Both the position numbers and the translations under genes were made by a program. 32,000 nt of DNA from Acinetobacter sp. MD2 (GTDB lineage Bacteria; Pseudomonadota; Gammaproteobacteria; Pseudomonadales; Moraxellaceae), in contig NZ_VTDK01000005.1 in assembly GCF_035615575.1 (NCBI RefSeq), forward strand, positions 1 to 32,000, given 5' to 3'. Shown piece by piece: positions 28,448 to 32,000 of this stretch (positions are counted from its first letter, which is position 1; every line of letters starts with the position of its first letter). Below the pieces are notes generated by a model. It was not told where the DNA came from. It did not search any database and worked only from the letters and a program-made list of their open reading frames with translations.

Positions 28448-28476
28448 TTGATCAAAATCAAGAATCTTTATATGAT
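28448..28476 (+). promoter_or_regulatory. Sigma70-type promoter of tRNA-Ser
   Basis: TTGATC (28448-28453), 17 nt, TATGAT (28471-28476), then a GC-rich discriminator ggcgc. The tRNA starts at 28486. Confidence 0.55.
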
Positions 28477-28485
28477 GGCGCACAT

Positions 28486-28575
28486 GGAAGCGTGGCAGAG
28501 CGGTTTAATGCACCGGTCTTGAAAACCGACGAGGGTGTGAGTCCTCCGTGAGTTCGAATCTCACCGCTTCCGCCA
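28486..28575 (+). tRNA. tRNA-Ser (anticodon UGA), 90 nt with a long variable arm
   Basis: GGAAGCG...CGCTTCCGCCA acceptor stem, anticodon loop CTTGAAA and a long extra arm. It is close to E. coli tRNA-Ser(UGA). Confidence 0.93.
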
Positions 28576-28583
28576 AATTTTAA

Positions 28584-28616
28584 ATAAGCCCTTGTTTTTA
28601 CAAGGGCTTATTTTTT
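28584..28616 (+). terminator. Rho-independent terminator after tRNA-Ser
   Basis: Perfect 11-bp stem ataagcccttg/caagggcttat with a 6-nt loop, followed by T6. Confidence 0.8.
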
Positions 28617-29052
28617 GTCTGTATGTTTACCCATCAATTTACTCCTTATCAAATTTTGGATTCCATAATATTTAAGATGATATCTTTTTACTGGTTTGGA
28701 TGGTTTTGTAAGTACATGAATAGATAGATTGTCTAAGAACTTCATACAATAGATCATCTAATAATACACGAGCATGGACATTATTTTTGCTAAGATCATT
28801 GGTTGATTTTTATGAACCGATCTTTTATTTATGTCTCGTTTTAGCCAAAAATAAAATGGTGAAATTAAAATATGAAGTGCTTGAGTTATTAAGGTAATTG
28901 GCATCATTGGTGTTTCGCATAGGCATACCAGACTGATTTTCTTTGGCAAAGTTGCTGCCATATTTTTTAGAAATCTATGTTTCATTGCTGCATTTTTGCT
29001 GTAAATTATATCTGTGAAGAAGTGGCGACATCCTTGTTGCCATATGTTGTGG

Positions 29053-29940
29053 TTATGTAGATGCCGAAAAGAAGCGTTTTTGAATACGTGGGTTACACAG
29101 TAAAATTGCAAAAATAATAATCGCAATACCAATTAAACTGGATGTGTCTGGCAGTTCGTGCCAAAAAATAAAGCCCCAAATCCCTGCAAAAACAATTGCA
29201 ATATAGTTCATTGGGCCAATTTGTCCTGCAGGGGCAAGGCTATAAGCATAAGACATAAATAGTTGACTGGTATTGGCAAGTAAGCCTGCGGCAACCAATA
29301 ATGCAAGTTCATTCCATGTAAATGCTCGCCAATGCCAAAACATTGGAACTGATGAGATAATTGTGCCGAAAATACAGAAATAAAAGACGATACGTTCTGG
29401 TGGTTCGGTATTGGTGAGGGCGCGAACCGTTACAAAGGCCATTGCCGATAAGAAACATGCACCTAAGCCAATAAAAGATAATGCATTAAACATGCCTTGG
29501 TCAGGTTTGGCGACAAAGAGCACGCCAATTAAGCCAATTACAGCTGCAAAAATCATTGATTTGGTGACTTTTTCTTTTAAAAATAACCATGCAATCAGTG
29601 GAATAAAAATGGGAGATGAGTAACTAAATACCATCGCATTCGAAAGTTTTAAATTGGCAATTGCATAGAAAAAACCATACATTGCGGTAAGTCCCACTAG
29701 ACTGCGCCAAGTATGCATCCAAAGTTTTTCGGTTTTAACAAAGTTTAAGCCTTGCTTGAACAACATCGGAATAAAAATAAACAGCCCAACAGCATTACGG
29801 AAAAAGACGATGGTGGCATTGTCGACTGTATGTGAAGCAAAGCGAATACAAACGCCCATAATTGAAAATAAAAATGCTGATGTCATTAAACACATTAAAG
29901 CCTTGGCAAGCGAAATGTCTTTGGTGGCAGGATTCTGCAT
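29053..29940 (-). CDS. DMT-superfamily (EamA-like) transporter
   Basis: 295 aa with about 10 predicted TM helices arranged as two EamA-like halves. No substrate can be inferred. Confidence 0.7.
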   Translation of the reverse strand: MQNPATKDISLAKALMCLMTSAFLFSIMGVCIRFASHTVDNATIVFFRNAVGLFIFIPMLFKQGLNFVKTEKLWMHTWRSLVGLTAMYGFFYAIANLKLSNAMVFSYSSPIFIPLIAWLFLKEKVTKSMIFAAVIGLIGVLFVAKPDQGMFNALSFIGLGACFLSAMAFVTVRALTNTEPPERIVFYFCIFGTIISSVPMFWHWRAFTWNELALLVAAGLLANTSQLFMSYAYSLAPAGQIGPMNYIAIVFAGIWGFIFWHELPDTSSLIGIAIIIFAILLCNPRIQKRFFSAST

Positions 29941-30142
29941 AATAGGGGTGGGGGAAAATGGAAGACGACCATAGTCTAACAGTAATTATCAGATTGAGTG
30001 AAAAATAGCTTAAGAAATTAGACGACTGACATGTGATCAGTCATAAATGAATAAAATTGAAGGATGATGCTTGTGAAAAAAAGCCCGACTGCTGATTTAA
30101 AAAGCACTCGGGCATTATAAGTCGGTATAAATCTAGGTCTTT

Positions 30143-31690
30143 TTAGGTCACAGGTGCAGGGTTAAATACGGCAAGTGAATTATGGATGCCCCAGCGATCT
30201 GACCATGTTTGTTGTTCACCACTTGCGACTCGTAAAATCATTTCAAATAATGTCCAACCCACTTGCTCAATGGTTTTTTGACCAATTGCAATGTCACCTG
30301 CACTGATATCAATCAGATCATACCAACGATTAGCAATGGTATTGCGGCTAGCCATTTTAATGACAGGAACAGCCGCTAAGCCATAAGGTGTGCCACGCCC
30401 TGTGGTAAATACTTGCAGAGTAATGCCTGATGCCATTTGCTGTGTGCCACAAATAAAATCGCTTGATGGGGTTGCTGCAAAAATTAAACCTTTTTTAGTT
30501 GGCTTTTGCCCTGGCGATAGTACCTCAACAATTGCAGATGTTCCTGATTTAGCAATTGAACCCATGGCTTTTTCAACAATATTATTCAAGCCACCTTTTT
30601 TGTTGCCCGGTGTGGTGTTAGCACTACGATCTACTCGACCTGCAGCCAAATAATCATCGTACCATTTCATTTCACGAATTAAGTCTTGCGCGACTTCCTT
30701 GGTTGCTGCACGTGGAGTCAGTAGGTGAATGCCATCACGCACTTCGGTTACTTCAGAAAACATCACGGTACCGCCACAGCGTACAATTAAGTCTGAAGCA
30801 AAACCAACAGAAGGATTTGAAGTGACACCCGAAAAAGCATCGCTACCGCCACATTGCATCCCCACTACTAAGTTTGATGCATCGACTTCTTCGCGTTGGC
30901 GTAAGTTAAGTTTTTCTAAATGCTGTTTGGCGACCTCTAAAATATGATTGACCATACTTTCAAAGCCATTATGGCGTTCATCTTGCAATTGAATGATGTC
31001 TTCGCTGGCAAGCGGAATACGCTTATTTTCACTGCTAATATTAAGTAAACGCTCAGGTTGCATTTTTTCGCAGCCAAGGCTGACCACCATAATTTCACCA
31101 CCAAAATTTGGATTTAAAGCCAAATTATGAATGGTGCGAATAGGTACAATCGCCGCAGGTGCATCAATTGCAACACCGCAGCCATATAAGTGATTGAGTC
31201 CAACCACACCATCAACATTTGGAAACTGTGGTAGTAAATCGCGTTCGATAATTTTCACTACATAATCAACAATGCCTTCGACACAGTTTACACTGGTGGT
31301 AATGCCCAACACATTTTTAGTACCTACGCTGCCATCTTTATTTTTATAACCTTTAAAGGTGTAGCCCGTTAATGGCTCTAATTGCGGTGCAGGGCGGGTG
31401 GCCATTTCGAGTGAGTCCAGTTCAGGAGCTGTTGGCATTTGGGTGACTGCTTCATTGACCCAAGCCCCAACTTCTAAGTCGATGTTGGCATAGCCAATAA
31501 CTTCGCCATAACGAATAATTGGTTCACCTTGTTTTAAACCATGTAGTAATACTTTATGGCCTTGTGGAATATCATCAACTAAGGTGATGTTATGGTCTTC
31601 AATAAAGGTTGATTTCGCTAAACCACCTTCATTAACGACAATCGCAACATTATCCTGTGGGGTAATTTTGATGAGTAGTGGTTTTTGCAT
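30143..31690 (-). CDS. garD: Galactarate dehydratase (UxaA/GarD family)
   Basis: N-terminal SAF domain ..[19 protein letters not shown]... ..[15 protein letters not shown].., ..[13 protein letters not shown].., ..[11 protein letters not shown].. and the C-terminus ..[10 protein letters not shown] are nearly colinear with E. coli GarD as recalled. ATG at 31690 follows AGGAAG. The track start is 31744. Confidence 0.88.
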   Translation of the reverse strand: MQKPLLIKITPQDNVAIVVNEGGLAKSTFIEDHNITLVDDIPQGHKVLLHGLKQGEPIIRYGEVIGYANIDLEVGAWVNEAVTQMPTAPELDSLEMATRPAPQLEPLTGYTFKGYKNKDGSVGTKNVLGITTSVNCVEGIVDYVVKIIERDLLPQFPNVDGVVGLNHLYGCGVAIDAPAAIVPIRTIHNLALNPNFGGEIMVVSLGCEKMQPERLLNISSENKRIPLASEDIIQLQDERHNGFESMVNHILEVAKQHLEKLNLRQREEVDASNLVVGMQCGGSDAFSGVTSNPSVGFASDLIVRCGGTVMFSEVTEVRDGIHLLTPRAATKEVAQDLIREMKWYDDYLAAGRVDRSANTTPGNKKGGLNNIVEKAMGSIAKSGTSAIVEVLSPGQKPTKKGLIFAATPSSDFICGTQQMASGITLQVFTTGRGTPYGLAAVPVIKMASRNTIANRWYDLIDISAGDIAIGQKTIEQVGWTLFEMILRVASGEQQTWSDRWGIHNSLAVFNPAPVT

Positions 31691-32000
31691 GATTCTTCCT
31701 TGAGCGATGATGAAATTACATTGCATTGAGCAGTGTAAAAGCATCTAGTTTTTACTTTTATGATGTATGACATCGTATAACATCATTATGAGTTTGGCAA
31801 TTATTTAATAAAAAATGAAAGCCTGCTGTCAAATTTTATTTGATTCGTTTTTGATTGTTTTTTATTTTATATATAATTGTATTTAAAGTATATTTATTAT
31901 TTTTTGTATATTTAATTTGTATTGGATTAAAGATGGAGTAATGTAATTTTTTAAAATAAGTCTTCTTGCAATTCTAGGTGGAATGTTATAGATATGATGT

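Noticed and set aside
28620-29132. Gene-less stretch of about 430 bp after tRNA-Ser, with a 124-aa minus-strand ORF. This could be an island remnant at a tRNA.
   Set aside because: The ORF overlaps the EamA gene end and has a non-protein-like composition. I found no repeat of the tRNA-Ser 3' end and no integrase fragment, so there is no support for a degraded mobile element.
31745-32000. AT-rich region upstream of garD, with the inverted repeat atgatgt..acatcat at 31760-31786 as a possible GntR-type operator
   Set aside because: The repeat is only 7 bp in very AT-rich DNA, no regulator gene is visible in the window, and it could arise by chance.

Overview
This 32-kb chromosomal segment is AT-rich and looks like an Acinetobacter-type gammaproteobacterium. 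The taxon is an inference from gene content and from an RNase HI ORF that reads into an in-frame linker, as in the known rnhA-dnaQ fusion of that genus. Most of the window is ordinary core genome: rnhA (5' part), an mltD with 8 LysM repeats, yejABEF, a secreted GH28 beta-helix hydrolase, a tandem tRNA-Glu pair plus a third tRNA-Glu copy, an alpha/beta hydrolase, a divergent lysP-like/lysO pair, rnt, pyrC, argG, a CitA/TcuC-like MFS symporter, tRNA-Ser(UGA), an EamA transporter and garD. The one clear accessory element is an integrated filamentous (inovirus-like) prophage of about 8.1 kb at about 11275-19425. It is bounded by a 46-bp direct repeat equal to the 3' part of tRNA-Glu. It carries a tyrosine integrase, a hairpin-rich non-coding region, a Zot/pI-like ATPase, pVI-, pIII- and pVIII-like genes, small ORFs, a Rep_trans-type initiator, an orphan membrane-anchored ORF and an XRE-type regulator whose reading frame crosses the attachment core. 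I see no CRISPR array, reverse transcriptase, restriction or other recognisable defence cassette. The best candidate for anything undescribed is the regulatory/accessory end of this prophage (about 18.4-19.4 kb) and how it is wired into the tRNA-Glu operon. All functional calls rest on motifs I recognise by eye, and no database search was run. Hand-counted coordinates near 11.25-11.65 kb may be off by 1 nt relative to the ORF track.
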